Notes: a model not told the origin generated them from the sequence alone. A stretch of DNA of 64,000 nt from Octopus vulgaris (GCA_951406725.2 OX597832.1:61752001-61816000); one strand, 5' to 3'. Shown: positions 27,401 to 43,016, counted from the first letter of the stretch. Made by a program: numbers and translations.

Positions 27401-27620
27401 AAAGCGGTGAGCTGGCAGAAACGTTAGCACGCTGAACAAAATGCTTAGCGGTATTTCATCTGTCTTTACGTTCTGAGATCAAATTCCGCCGAGGTCGACT
27501 TTGCCTTTAATCGTTTCGGGTTCGATAAATTATGTGCCAGTTGCCTACTGGAGTCGATCTCATAGACTGACCCTCTCCCATAAAAATTTCGGGCCTTGTG
27601 CCTAGAGTAGAAAAAATAAG
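27401..27620 (+). mobile_element. SINE family B, full length, with 19-bp target-site duplication
   Basis: TSD aatattttgctcacagatt (27381-27399) / aatattttgttcacagatt (27621-27639). B-box-like gagatcaaattcc; tail ggccttgtgcctagagtagaaa. Confidence 0.9.
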
Positions 27621-28254
27621 AATATTTTGTTCACAGATTTCTATAGACCCGGGTATCCTGTATACGCAAATCATGTTTAGATATAAGTCTTATACAGAAG
27701 TATAAACAAATCTCTGTGTAAATACAAGAGGTTGTCGGTTCTGCAGGGAAAATTATTTGAAATATTGTTTACTAAGCAACCAGACAAAACTGTGTGTTTC
27801 ATCCCTGTGCTGTAAAGATGATGGTTTTGATATTGACGCTTGAGACAGAAATAGCTGGCAGGGATAAGGTGGGCTTAATGTATACCGGAAAGTAGTCTGT
27901 TGAAATTTGTAAGATCTGACGGTGTATTTGGGAAATTAAGAAATGTACAAAGCGAAATAAGAAAATTTTAATTCATATGGAGATAAATAAAGGTAAAGTA
28001 ATGAGAAAGGAATGCTGTGTATATAAGCAATGAGCTAGTGAAGGTGTGCATGTGTGTGGGTATGTACACATGCATATACAAACGCACACACATATATACA
28101 TACAATATATATATACATAAACATGTACACATACATACATGCATACATACATACATACATACATATATACATACATACATACGTACGTACGTACGTACAT
28201 ACATACATACATTCATACATACATACATACATACATACATACATACATACATGC

Positions 28255-28655
28255 ACATATGCAATGATATACATCGGGAAAATCTTGGAAGGACTTAAAT
28301 CAAACATATACATCCTAAGTTACACAAACGGGACCCCACTGCATAATTCCAAAGCGCTCAGCATCGCCATTAATAAACAGGAACAGCTTGGATTTCAAGG
28401 CCCTCATCTCTTCATTATTCTCCCCACAAAAAGCCTGAGTGACCTGCATAGGGTAGATATAGGCGTCTTCAAAACGAAACAGGATCTCCTCCTGTCAAGA
28501 GTTCCGGATGAACCTACTTGGCGGCAGGAAATGCAGACGAGTGCAGCAATATCAAACTCCCTCATTCACCAAATGTCACATATCAGAGGAAACTTTTAAC
28601 AGCTGTGCCCCAGCAAGGCCGCAGTTCTCCTTGGCATAAAACAGTAAAAGAGAAA
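28255..28655 (+). mobile_element. CR1-group LINE 3' fragment, degraded
   Basis: YAMIYIGKILEGL...GFQGPHLFIILP...DLHRVD...FKTK.DLLLSRVPDEP parallels the LINE at 12747-13790; tail gtgccccagcaaggccgcag. Confidence 0.85.
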
Positions 28656-28662
28656 AAGAAAC

Positions 28663-28717
<55 letters not shown>

Positions 28718-28989
28718 CACACGCACGCACACACACACAAACACACACGTATCCATGTTTTTGGCGTTATAAGAATGCATGAACTTTCTAAGAAATGTGA
28801 AATAATTCCTGTGTACAGTGGATCTCGAAGTACACACAAAAAACTATAAATAATAGCATGAAAATGTTAATGTGCCTTGAGAACGAATTTCATATGTGTG
28901 TTTGTACATGTATATATGAATGTATATATGTATATATGTATGTTTGTATGTATGTATATATGTATGTATGTATGTATGTGTGTATCTAT

Positions 28990-29063
<74 letters not shown>

Positions 29064-29068
29064 GTCTA

Positions 29069-29174
<106 letters not shown>

Positions 29175-29499
29175 TGTGTGTGTATGTGTATGCGTCTATG
29201 TATGTACCGGAAGCTCAGTGATATGAGGTGGGTAATGTAGCAAAATATAATACAAATGCAAAACGTTATTGGGAGTTTGGAAGACGAACTTAAGACATGG
29301 TGTTGAAACAAGTTTAAAAAGATAACTATTTTGAAATGCATGCATCTGTCGATGTGGATCGAGTGCACTCTGAATCGCTTTGGATAGAGGGCAATCTGAA
29401 TCGATGCGGTGCATTCAACGCGTTTTACTACAGAGAGAATATCTCTCCATGGCAAAAAACAGTAAATGGATTTCTTACAGCTTTGAATAAAAAGTAAAG

Positions 29500-30150
29500 A
29501 GGTGGGCAAATTTTGGCAAACGGCCAACAATCCTGAGGGGAAGAAGACGGTCTATACCATCAACCCAAGGTCTTTTATCGACCCTTAGAAGGATAAAGGG
29601 TAAAGTCGATCTGACCGAGATTTGAAAGCGCGACGTAAAGAACCGCATTTTGTTCGGTATGGAAGCAGTTCTACTAGCTTCATAATACCTTTTACTACTG
29701 GCACAAGTCAGAAAAGCTTTGTCCAACGACCCCCGTGTTCAGCAAGTACTTTCTCTTTTTTTATTTCGAAAGGAACAAAGGTAAATTCGTCGCCGGCGAA
29801 ATTTGAACCCAGAAATTGACGAACTTGCTGAAATGCCACGAAGAATTTTCTCCGACTAGCTAACAATTCTGCTAGTTCAATGGTTTTTGTTCTTTTATTC
29901 TTTTATTTGTTTCAGTCATTTCACTAGGGCCATGCTGGAGCACCGCGTTTATTCGAACATATCGACCCCAGGACTTATTCTTTGTAAGCCTTGTACTTGT
30001 TCTATCGGTCTCTTTTGCCGAACCAATTTACGGGGACGTACACATACCAACATCGGCTGTCAAGCGATGGAAGGACAAACAAAGACACAAATATATACAT
30101 ATAAATACAACGGGCTTCTTTCAGTTTCCGTCTACCAAATCCACTCACAT
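29500..30150 (-). mobile_element. Two degraded SINE-B copies followed by a SINE-A 3' part
   Basis: SINE-B at about 29500-29680 and 29690-29880; SINE-A at about 29885-30150. Confidence 0.7.
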
Positions 30151-30201
30151 AGCGAGAACAGAACTATGCTCAAAAGGTAATTAAGTTATGAACATTTCAT
30201 C

Positions 30202-30385
30202 CATCACGGGCTAACTGCAACTCGCGGGCATCATGCGCCCCACGAAAATTTCTCAATGGCGCGCCTGATTTCAACTGTCAAATAAAATATGGATTTTCTT
30301 AATATAATTTCTTTTCAGCGCTGTCACCCGTCTGATAAGCCATGACTCATGCGGCTCGCTTCTCGAAAAATTTAGCTGACGCCTG
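30202..30385. mobile_element. Probable hAT MITE remnant
   Basis: cgcggg..catgcgccc and catgcggctcg subterminal motifs; end tagctgacgcctg. Confidence 0.4.
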
Positions 30386-30488
30386 GGTTACCTTGCCTAA
30401 AATGTCTCATTCGAATTTTCAAGATTTTGGTGTGTTAAATGAGGAAGATTTAGTTGTTATATCTCGGGATTCGACCGACTATATAGAA

Positions 30489-30653
30489 CAGTAGTTCTCA
30501 ACCATTTCCATATCCGAACCAAATCCCAAACCTGGAGTTTTTAAGGGGCCGCACCAAAAATGTAAAACACAAACCACTAAAAGTAAACTGGGGCCACTGA
30601 AAAAATGCTTGTGTCCCGCACAAAGCCCTGGAAGATGCCGTTGGGAACCGCTG
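30489..30653. mobile_element. hAT (Charlie-like) MITE
   Basis: TIRs cagtagttctcaac / gttgggaaccgctg. The 8-bp flanks atatagaa / acgtagaa have the central TA typical of Charlie TSDs. Confidence 0.7.
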
Positions 30654-31091
30654 ACGTAGAAGCTGTGTCATAGAAATTGCACCCAAATTTCCTGTGTTAC
30701 ACCTCGGCCGTGTGTAATCACCTTATCCTCCGTGGTACCTTTCAAGCGGTAGCTTCATCCTGTGAGACATACGACAATTAGTCACCCCAACAGGTAGAAA
30801 GAGACAGGAAATAACACAAATAGTTCACACCAACCTGGAGTATGATTTTAATAATGACACCTTTAAAAGCAATTACAATGCACGCAGACGACAGCGCAGA
30901 CGACAGCGTAGACGAAGGTCAGTGCGGTCAGTGACCTGCTAAAAATAACAGTCAAATCACATCCTCTTGTCTGATAAACAAAGTGAAAGATACACTCAGT
31001 GCGTTTGTTGTGTGCACAAACACATATACACGCTCACATATGTATGTACGTATGCATATATGTGTATATGTAAGTGTGTGTATTCATATTT

Positions 31092-31454
31092 AGAGGCAGG
31101 CGTAGCTGTATATAAAGAAGTTTGCGTCCAAGCTACGTGTTCCTGGGTTCAGTCCCACTGAGTGATACCTTCGGCAAGTATCTTCTGCTTTAACCTCGAG
31201 CCAATTAAAGCTATGTGAGTGGATTTCGTAAACGGAAATTAAAAGAAGCCCATTGTTTGTGTGAATGTGTGTGTGTGTGTGTCTACATACCACTTGACAA
31301 CCGATGTTAATGTGTTCATAACCACCTAACTTAGCGATTCAGCAAAAGAGGCCGATACAATAAGTATCAGGCTAGTCTGATGGATTCAATTCGTTCGGCT
31401 AAAACTCTTCAAGTTTACCCCCAGCATAGCTACAGTGTAACGACTGAGACATTG

Positions 31455-31514
<60 letters not shown>

Positions 31515-31975
31515 TGTGTGTGTGATATACGCGTGCGTGCGTATATATGCATCTGAACAACCGGAGATTAGAGGTCACTCTCAATGTTTTCTTTGTAAAA
31601 TGAAATATGTAATCTACAAAAAATTGTTGAATGATAGTATATTTTGTAAATGTGTGTGTGTGTGTGTATGTATTTAAAAATCTTTTATTTCTTTTATTTG
31701 TTTCAGTCATTTGATTGCAGCCGTGCAGGACACCCCCTTTAGTCGAACAAAATTGACCCCAGGATTTATTCTTTTTAAGCCTAGTACTTATTCTATCGGT
31801 CTCTAAGTTATGGGGAGGTAAACATACCAACATCGGTTGTCAAGCGATGGTGGGAGGACAAACACAGACACAAAAATCACACACATGCATATATATATAT
31901 GACGGGAAGGCTTCATTCAGTTTTCGTCTATCAAATCCTCTCACAAGGCTTGGGTCAGCCCGAGGATATAGTAGG
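31092..31975. mobile_element. Two convergent SINE-A copies
   Basis: About 31092-31450 + and 31680-31975 -. Confidence 0.85.
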
Positions 31976-31976
31976 G

Positions 31977-32300
31977 AGATTGAGATATGGAAGTTAATAT
32001 TTGTTTATTATTAACAACAAATTGGTCGTCTTCGTTCCTTAAAACCCTTTCAATTAATACTCAATAATCAAATTATATTATTGTACATTTGTACATTAAA
32101 TTTACATGTATGAGACATGAGTACATCCAAAGGTACATCTTTTCTTTTACCTCTGATGAGATTAAACCCATGTCTCGTAAATTAAATTAATTGGATATTA
32201 ATTGAAACGGCTGTAAGAAGCGAAAATGACCAATTTGTTGTTAATAATAAACAATTATTTACTTCCTTATCTCCGTTTTCTTTTCTTCCTTTAAATGGAT
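31977..32300 (+). mobile_element. Fold-back element with canonical-core hammerhead motif
   Basis: Arms at about 31982-32066 and 32190-32273. Motif ct-CTGATGA(32153)-gattaa...ttaatt-GAAA(32204)-cggctg-TA-ag. Confidence 0.75.
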
Positions 32301-32326
32301 ATTATATATATATATATATATATATA

Positions 32327-32729
32327 TACTCTTTTGCTCTTTTACTTGCTTCAGTCATTTGACTGCGGCCATGCGTGAGCACCGCCTTTAGTCGAGCAAA
32401 TCAACTCCAGGACTTATTCTTTGTAAGCCTAGTACTTATTCTATCGGTTCCTTTTGCCGAACCGCTAAGTTACGGGGACGTAAACACACCACCATCGGTT
32501 GTCAAGCGATGTTGGGGGACAAACACACACACACACACACACACCACACACATACATACATATATACGACGGGCTTCTTTCGGTTTCCGTCTACCAAATC
32601 CACTTACAAGGATTTGGTCGGCCCGAGGCTATAGTAGAAGACACTTGCCCAAGATGCCACGCAGTGGGACTGAACTAGGAACCATCTGGTTCGTAAGCAA
32701 TCTACTTACCACACAGCCACTCCTGCGCC
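32327..32729 (-). mobile_element. SINE family A, full length, near consensus
   Basis: Reverse complement of 5529-5940. Confidence 0.92.
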
Positions 32730-32803
32730 AAATGTATATATGTATATATATACATATATGTGTATATATACATATATATATATATATACATGTATATATA
32801 TAT

Positions 32804-32859
<56 letters not shown>

Positions 32860-32977
32860 AATAACGGTTTTGCAACAAGTTGCTTGATCACATACCGAAA
32901 ATTTTAGAAATAGCAGCCAATACCTTAAATGTACCACGTCCTCGCGTTGTTTATTTTTTTTTCTTCTTTTTGGGATT

Positions 32978-33011
<34 letters not shown>

Positions 33012-33014
33012 TTA

Positions 33015-33045
<31 letters not shown>

Positions 33046-33049
33046 GAAT

Positions 33050-33480
33050 GTGCAGGTACGGCTGAGTTAAGAAATATGCTTCAGCATTACATTGTTCTAT
33101 GTTCAGTCCCACACGTTCTACTATAACCTGGCACTGACCCAAGGCTTGTCAGTGACTTTGGTAGCCAGAAACTGAAAGAACCCGTTGTATGTGTGTGCGT
33201 GCGTGTGAGCGCGTGTCCGTGCGTGTGTGAATGTGTGTGCGTGTGTGTATGTGTGTGTGTCTTCGTGACTGTGTTTGTCCACCACCACCGCATGATCACC
33301 GGTACTGGCCTGTTTGCATCCTCGAAATTTAGCAGTTCATCAAATAAAGTGTTAGAGTAAGTTCTAGGTTTTGAAAAAAAATAACACAAGAATTGATTCA
33401 TTTGACTAAAAATTTCGTCAAGGCTGTACCCCAGCATGGGCGCAGTTTAATAACTGAAACTAGTAAAATATAAATGATAA
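33050..33480 (+). mobile_element. SINE family A, degraded (others at about 34620-34975 +, 35150-35370 -, 36303-36442 -, 39335-39740 -)
   Basis: Family A motifs gttcagtcccac, gaaactgaaagaa and ccccagcatgg.cgcagt. Confidence 0.8.
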
Positions 33481-33516
33481 GCGATACAACCAGACAAATA
33501 TCAGCAAAACACACAC

Positions 33517-33568
<52 letters not shown>

Positions 33569-34330
33569 ACTGTAACATTATATGTGTCCGGGTTCATCTC
33601 ATATTTAAAGTCTATTTGTTAGGATAGCAACCTTTCTTTCTAAGCAAACAGCAGCAATAACAACAAGTTGCAGCAGCCGCAGCAGCAGCAGCTATAAGAA
33701 TAGCAAAAATGACTATCAAAATTTGACAAATTGTTCGTTAATTTATTCTGCTAAGTTCAAATAAGTCTGCGCCAGGCTGTGAATTAATTGCTTGAGTTTT
33801 CAACGTAAATAACATCGAAGATTATTCTACATTATAAAGTACAATTTGAGACGGAACCGAACAACATTCATTAAACAGAACAATTTTTCATAACTGGAAT
33901 TGGTGTTTATAAATGTCTACTACACATATGAATATGGTACCGGAATTCTGAGATTCTGTAGAAGAGTAACCGATATTTAAGGCGTAAATTCTATTACCGA
34001 AAAGATGGCGTCTGAGAAACAGACAATACTTCATCATTTGTTTTGCTAACGGATTTAGTTGAACTAAATACTAAAATAGAAGCAAATAAAGGCTGATATG
34101 AATATAGGAATAAAAATATAATATAATATAATGTAATATGATATAATATAATATAATATAATATAATGTAATATATGATATGATATCTATCTATATCACG
34201 CTCGTTGTTTTTCTTCTTTTTTTCCTTTTGTTATCCGTTTATTTGAATTGTCTGTTTGTTTGAATTGCATATATGTGTGTGTGGGTGTATGTATACATAT
34301 ATATATGTATATATATATATATATGATATA

Positions 34331-34361
<31 letters not shown>

Positions 34362-34974
34362 TATATACATAGGTATGTATGCTTACTGTTAAATATTTCA
34401 TTTCTCTAGCTTCTACATAACACAGACATTATTGTAGAAATAGACACACACACATATATATACATATACATACATACATAGATATATACACACTTACACA
34501 CATATACATAGACGAATATAAATAGACGGACGAAAACTTACACATTTATACGTAGACACTCACCTAGGACATATGCTTAAAATATATATAGAAGCTTACA
34601 CAGACGTGCATACATTCGCACAGACAGCCTCTGCCCGACCTGAGCTTTGAGTGAACTTGGGCTGCAGAAACTAATACAATACAGTCTTATACATACATGT
34701 ATTTGTGGGTTTGTGTTTGTGTGTGTGTGTATGAGTGTGTGAGTACGTATGTGTATGCGTGTGTCTATATGACTGTTAGTACCCACTACCGCTTCACAAC
34801 CGGTCTTGGTGTGTTTATTTCGTAGTAACTTCACGGATCGCCAATGGCGATCGATTGATTAAATATCAAGCTTAGAAACAAATACTGAAATGGTTTCATT
34901 CGACTAACATTTCCTCAGGGCGGTGCTCCATAACGGCCGCAGTCTAATGATGGAAAACAATCAAAAGATAAAAA

Positions 34975-35008
<34 letters not shown>

Positions 35009-35075
35009 ATAATGGAGAAATTATACTAAATGTATAAATACATGATTAGTAAAGCACCGGCACAGTTTCAATTAC

Positions 35076-35135
<60 letters not shown>

Positions 35136-35386
35136 TATATATATATATGTACGCTTTTACTCTTTTACTTTTTTACTTAGTTCAGTCACTTGACTGTGGC
35201 CATGCTAGAGGATTGCCTTTAGTCGAGCAAATCGACTCCAGGACTTATTCTTTGTAAGCCTAGTACTTATTCTATCGGTCTCTTTTGCCGAACCGCTAAG
35301 TTTCAGGGACGTAAACACACCAGGATCGGTTGTCAAGCAGGGGAAAATACAGACACACAAACATATACACACTCATACATACATAC

Positions 35387-35457
<71 letters not shown>

Positions 35458-35462
<5 letters not shown>

Positions 35463-36302
35463 ATATTTCGGAATGGTCATATTGCCAGTTTAGCCAATAA
35501 AAACACACGCACTATATATTTGGTGTTATTTTGCTTCAGTGATATTTATTTTTTACATTAATCTTAATCTTATTTCGGCCAAAGTTCTTTCGTCACACTC
35601 CTGTGACCGCATCAGTGGTCCTTTGTTTTCTTCTCACTTACTTGTGTCTCTCCTTACTAACCGTCAGCCATTTTGTATTTCTATTGTATGTCTTCATTTG
35701 CGCATGCTTATATCTCTATGTGCGTCTATGTTTATTTAGTGTGTGGGGGGGATGTCTGTAATATTTGTATCTTCTGGTTATATACATTCTTGTAATTTGT
35801 ATTTTGTTTTTGTTGTTGTTGCTTTTGTTCTAATTTTGTTCATGTGTTTACATCCACCCATTATTATCATTACATATGCTTGTATGTATGTATAACAACA
35901 ATATTAGTAATAATAATAATAAATCTAATCGAGAAAAAAAAAAAAAAAAGAATATACATATACATATATATATATATATACATACACATACATATACATA
36001 TATATATATACATATATACACACATATATACACATATACATATACATATATATACACATATACATACACATAGATATTCATTTCTATTTCTTTAATTACC
36101 TGTGTATTTATTATGTTTGCAGGATCCACTATTGTCATATGTTGTGGTGTGCGCTATTGCTCCATTCTAGTTTTCTATTCAGGCTAGGTTTATTTTCTAT
36201 TATATGTGTAGCTTCTGTAATTTGTCTAATTGTTGCATCTGTTCTATGTGTGGACAATATCTTAATCTCTATGTTATTGATTGATCCCCCGTGTTCTTGT
36301 TC
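35458..36302 (-). mobile_element. Penelope-like element 3' fragment: GIY-YIG C-terminus, 3' UTR and hammerhead motif
   Basis: 36302-36135 translates [55 protein letters not shown], matching the RxIxEAxxIxxxxPxLN pattern of PLE endonuclease ends. Motif at 35577-35620: cca-CTGATGC-g-gtcac..gtgac-GAAA-gaac-TT-tgg. Confidence 0.85.
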
Positions 36303-36439
36303 TACGACGGGCCTATTTCAGTTTCCGTCTACCAAATCCACTCACAAGGCTGTGGTCGGCCCGAGGCTATATTAGAAGACACTGAACCCGGAAACATGTG
36401 ATTTGTAAGCAAGCTATTTACCACACAGCCACTCCTACG

Positions 36440-36533
<94 letters not shown>

Positions 36534-36544
36534 TAGATATATAT

Positions 36545-36587
<43 letters not shown>

Positions 36588-37039
36588 TACATATATATGC
36601 ATACATATATATGTATATATACATATACATATGCTCCAGCATGGCCACGGCCTTCGGGCTAAAACATTTTTAAGGATTTTAAGGATTTTAGGATATATGA
36701 ATATATACACATATATATGTATATATTTATATTTATACACATATACATATATGTATATATTAATATATATACACACACATGTGTGTGGTTCCATATGTGT
36801 GCATATACGCTCACTAACACGTATACGCGCACTCACATGCATAAACGCGCACAAGCATACACACACACACATACAGTGGCATATGTAAATTCAGGGAAAT
36901 TTCAATATAGACCTTCAAAACGTTCACCGGGCAATATTTATTAGAAGTCAAGAGAATTTAGGCCAGTTAAATTATTTCTGAGAAATATTTATACTTGTAG
37001 AATTTATTTATTGCAGTTAGTTGTGGAGAAAATGGTCTC

Positions 37040-37400
37040 CCTTAAGCCAAAGGTGATAAATGGTTTCTATAGCAGAATAAGAAACGAATCCTAAATGCAT
37101 TCATCAGTCCAACAGTGAACTCGCTGGGATGACCCTGACGTTTGGACAGCTTCTTGTCTTATGTAAAAAAGTTTTCCTCCACGACAAACTGCAGTTAAAA
37201 ATTTTCACAAGTTTAGATAGCCTCAAATATATTCGAATTTCTCTTAGATTTGCATAATCTCTATCACTGCTTTGGGCTCCGACTGAAGAATTCTTCCAGT
37301 TTGGCTCCAATGTGCGACAGTTCTCAATAATATTTGTAGATCTACAATCAAGAAGCAAAACTTTCCAGTCAGGTCAATCTTGCCTCTCTTGTTATCGGGT
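37040..37400 (-). pseudogene. Possible highly degraded hAT transposase C-terminal remnant
   Basis: Weak resemblance only (LEEFF..., YLRLSKLVKIF, KTF..KTRS) to the hAT dimerisation region. Confidence 0.2.
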
Positions 37401-37669
37401 ACTGAAGAGAACTAACAAGTTCGAAATCCATCCATCGAACTAATAAAGTGCGCTTTGAATGCAACACGGTTTTTATACTTTTTGTGCTTAAGTAAGATTT
37501 TTTCTCCACGTCAAACTATAGTGAGAAAACCTTTACATTTTCAAACATTTAAACATATAAGTTTGTATACATTCCATCACTCAACTCACACGTTAGGCAC
37601 CATTTTAACGTTTTCAACGGTAAAGTATTTTATATAGCAATGCTCAAACTATATCACATACAGTAATAA

Positions 37670-37882
37670 TTTCTCATTTAGGAACAAGCCTAAAATTTGT
37701 GGGTATGGGATTAGTCGATAAAATCGTCCTAAGTGGTCAACTGGTAATTATTTTATGAACCCCCGAGGGGGATGAAAGGCAAAGTTGACCTCGGCGTAAT
37801 TTGATCTCAGAATATAAGGTGGACGGTATGACACTAAACACTTTATCCGGTGCGGTCACAATACTGTCAACTCACTACCCTT
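37670..37882 (-). mobile_element. SINE family B, degraded
   Basis: ggatgaaaggcaaagttgacctcggcgtaatttgatctcagaa. Confidence 0.8.
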
Positions 37883-38273
37883 AATATTCATATAATTACA
37901 CATTGCCTCCATTTAATTTCTCTCAGTATATCTTCACATTGTGTTTAGAGCATCTACTTTATTGTAATTTCACCAGTTGACCCTTTATGGTTGTTCTAAA
38001 CTCTGCCCTATGATCCCTAAAGTCGGTCAAATGTCAACACTGTGGAATGAGAGGAGTCGGATGAGAAGCATAATGGGTATACTTTAGGACAAATAATGGT
38101 CGGGCTTTCACTTCCGGCGTTAGTACAATATTAACATAAAGCTTGTTTATATTTTCCTCATAATAGGAAGGCATGAAAACGCATATCTTAGTAAGTGCTT
38201 ATGTGCGTGTGTGCGCGTGCACGTATATAAAATATGTGTATGTGTATATATAAACATACATACATACACATAA

Positions 38274-38315
<42 letters not shown>

Positions 38316-38449
38316 TTATAGAGAGAGAGACAGACACACAGACAGACGAAGAGACATAATGATACAAATAAAAAAATACACACTCTTGGACTTGATATAT
38401 AAAATATACATCATATACATAGATATAAACATGAATATATATATATATA

Positions 38450-38549
<100 letters not shown>

Positions 38550-38554
38550 TGAGA

Positions 38555-38912
<358 letters not shown>

Positions 38913-38914
38913 AA

Positions 38915-39065
38915 ACTCGGACTCCATCTGCTACGGCGACTAGGGTTCCAGTTGATCCAATCAATGGAACAGCTTGTTCGATAAATTAACGCGCAAATGG
39001 CTAAGCGCCCCAGAGACATGCGTACCCTTAATGTAGTTCTTAGGGAGATTCAACAGGACACAGAA
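38915..39065 (-). mobile_element. SINE family D 3' part
   Basis: Matches 46945-47100 and 6103-6219. Confidence 0.75.
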
Positions 39066-39233
39066 GGGGTGAATATTGTTGCTTGAAGGCACGAAATTGC
39101 ATTGATCCTTTGACGGAAAACTGATGAAGGTTTGGCGAACTTCTGCTTCTGTTTTTCATTTATTTGCGTATTAATCATGACTTACACACACACACACACA
39201 CACACGCACATACACACATACACACACACATAC

Positions 39234-39329
<96 letters not shown>

Positions 39330-39531
39330 TATACTAAATTCACTCATTCGACTTACGCCCATACTGATGCACTGCCTCGAAAACTTTAGTCGAACATATT
39401 CATCAGAACTTATTTCTAAATATGGTATTTACTCTATAGAACCTTGCTGCAAAACAGGCTATGCTACTAGAACGTAAACAAAGGAACACCAGGTTCATAG
39501 CGTAGTCAGGATGCAAACACAAAGACAGACC

Positions 39532-39574
<43 letters not shown>

Positions 39575-39983
39575 GTGCTTACATATGCGGTAGGTCCTCA
39601 ATGTCACTAGCGACCAAATTCGATCACAAGATGTTGGTCACACCAGTCTGATTGTAGAAGGCACTCGTCTAAATGGCCGCGAAGTAGGATTGGACCCGAA
39701 ACCACGTGACTGCAAAACGAGCTTCTCAACCGCTTAAACATACATACTTACATATACATTCAAACACGTACATACACAACCACCCACACTCACATAAAGT
39801 TCTGCATATATGAGTGTGTGTGTGTATAAATATGTGTGTGCATGTTTATATATATATATATATATGCATATATATATATAGGTATGTACATTTATGTATG
39901 TATTCATGTATGTATATGTATATATTTATGTATATATATATGTATATATACATATATATATTAACATATGCATATATATATCA

Positions 39984-40024
<41 letters not shown>

Positions 40025-40289
40025 AGTATATATGTGTACTGGGGTCGATGTACTGTGGTCGATGTAATCGGTGTACTCCTTATTCTGAAATTTCTAGTCT
40101 TGTGCCAAAACTGGAAACAATATTAAACACACATACACACAGAGGCCAAGAAACAGACACAAACACACACATATAGGCAATCTGTATACTTTTCTGTAAA
40201 ATGCTATGTTTATCAATACCAGTGTAAACTAACCCCTTGCTGCAAATCGTTATAGCAAACCTGATAGGGTTTCGATATATACAGCCCGA

Positions 40290-41150
40290 TAGAAATATTC
40301 ATCAGTGAAACTCGTATGGCGTTCACTATGATTCCCCACTGCGGACGGTACATCAGAATGCCATTTGGCCAATAACATAATTCAGGAGAAGAATGTAACC
40401 ATAAATGAATGCAGAGAAGCGAGCCTGTATAGCTGGGCCCTTCGGATACAGGTTATGTACTTTTTCATTTTCGTCATCGCTAAGTTTTAAGTTCGCACAG
40501 ATTAAGGACAACTTAAAGACATTAAGCCACTGACTATCTTAACTTTCTCTAATGTACAATGGCTTCTGGGACTGAAAAGAGCACAGGCCAGTAGGGTGCT
40601 GTTTCAAGAACGGATTGGTTGAGATTTCGATTATGTAATTGAACAGCAAGCAGAAAGCCCTTGTTCAGTTCATAAGTGCACCGGTGTATTATGTGGACAC
40701 ACTGTAGATCCACATTTGGTTGTTAAAGGAAGCAAGGGGTTACTTATTGAGAAACTACACTGCTTGACCGTTATAGTGGCTTCACGGTTGTCGTTTACCC
40801 TCAAATTATCCAGAATAAACATGAAGTTCATGAAAATGACTGTGGTCGCGATAACCCTAACTGCAATTACTGTGCGATGTTATCTCGGACTCAGTCATAC
40901 ATGGTTCTGTAAGGTGTAATTAAGGAAAAAATTTGGATGGCATTTCTCAAGCGAAATGCAACCGCAGGTAGAGAGTGAACTCCTGTTCAGTTCCTAAGCA
41001 CAGCAGAATTTTATGAGGACACTCTGTAGATCCACACATCCACACCTGGGGGTGGAGTGGGGTCATAGTAGTTCGCTTGTAACAACAATCACATGACACA
41101 ATGGTAAGACTATAAAAGGGAAGAAAACGATACGGAGACATGAGTCACGA
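40290..41150 (+). mobile_element. Very degraded Ty3/Gypsy LTR-retrotransposon pol remnant
   Basis: GRYIRMPFG...SGEE at about 40342-40392 resembles the Gypsy RT GRYxxxRMPFG motif. About 40950-41135 resembles an integrase C-terminus (CNRR...TW..GVIV...RKR). Many stops and frameshifts. Confidence 0.4.
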
Positions 41151-41420
41151 AGTCATTGCGTCACTGGTCGAAATGTCAATCTATTTAGTGACAAAAACCC
41201 CTCCTACTACCAATTATTGCCATATAATTATCCTGTGTAATAGTTACTGTGCTTAAAAAAAGGTTAGAATATATCCGCTGTTAAAGTTATACACCTATGT
41301 ACACCAAGCTACCCTTAGGTAGATACCTTTTACAGATATGCTTGACGAAATGCTATCATAATAATTAGAAGAAAACCGACGTAGGAATCTCTAACTAGTC
41401 TGAACATTTCATCGCCCAAA

Positions 41421-41517
<97 letters not shown>

Positions 41518-41818
41518 CTCAATATATTTGTGTGTGTGCGCGCCCACACACATATATATATATACATATATATATATATGTGTGTATGTATGTATGTATG
41601 TATGTATGTATGTATGTATGTATGTATATATATATATATAATATTTATACCTATTATTCATCAATCTATATACAAGGATATATGAAGGAACGCACGCACT
41701 CAGACAAACATACACACAAACAAAATACACATACACAAACACAAACGCATACACAAACACACAGAGCCATATATCAAATTCATTCTATATAAATGCTTTC
41801 TCTCTCTCTCTCACTATA

Positions 41819-41936
<118 letters not shown>

Positions 41937-41991
41937 GATATATATATGTATGTATTATATATACGTACATGTATAGGTATACATACGCATT

Positions 41992-42043
<52 letters not shown>

Positions 42044-42239
42044 CTATGTTTGTTTGTTTTGGGGAATGTACACATATGTATGTTTGTTTGTATGTACATA
42101 TGTAAGTATGTAGTTATGGATGCATGTTTATATCTATCTAGGTATTTACTTATTTACATACATCTCTGTCTCTTTATCTATCTATCTACATTCCTACCTA
42201 CCTACCTAACTACCTAACTACACACATATATATCTGCCT

Positions 42240-42368
42240 ACTTATCTATCTATCTATCTAACTATCTATCTATCTATCTATTTATCTATCTATCTGTCCA
42301 TCTCTCCATTGACTTTGTAATATGTATTTATGTATGTATGCATGTATGTATGTATGTATGTATGTATA

Positions 42369-42443
<75 letters not shown>

Positions 42444-42450
42444 GTATATC

Positions 42451-42493
<43 letters not shown>

Positions 42494-42690
42494 CTGTATC
42501 TCTATCTATCTACCTATCTATCTGTCCATCTCTCCATGGACTTTGTTATATGTACGTATGTATGTATTTATGTATGTATGTATGTATGTATGCATGTATG
42601 TATGTATGCATGTATGTATCTATGCATGCATCTCTCTAGCTAGCTAGCTATCTCTCCATAGACTTTATTTTCTCTCTCTATCTATCTATT
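42240..42690. repeat. Compound (TATC)n/(TATG)n microsatellite with a unit duplicated at about 230-bp period
   Basis: ctgtccatctctccat.gactttgt recurs at about 42294 and 42522, and partly at 42650. Confidence 0.8.
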
Positions 42691-42692
42691 TA

Positions 42693-42782
<90 letters not shown>

Positions 42783-42980
42783 AACAAATACACATACACA
42801 CATACATACACAGACTTATATATGGATATATGACGAACCAAAAATGAAATTTTTATCTGAGTCATGCTATTTATATTACAATAAAGTAATAAAGCCTGTG
42901 GAAGATGCTGAGTTTTGGACAGTCTCATAAATCTAGATATATAAACAGGCACACATACACATTTCATGCACGCAAATACT

Positions 42981-43016
<36 letters not shown>

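Noticed and set aside
39355-39395. CTGATGC...GAAA hammerhead-like string
   Set aside because: It is a decayed reverse-strand SINE-A tail (ggccatgctgg.gcaccgcc) with no stems.
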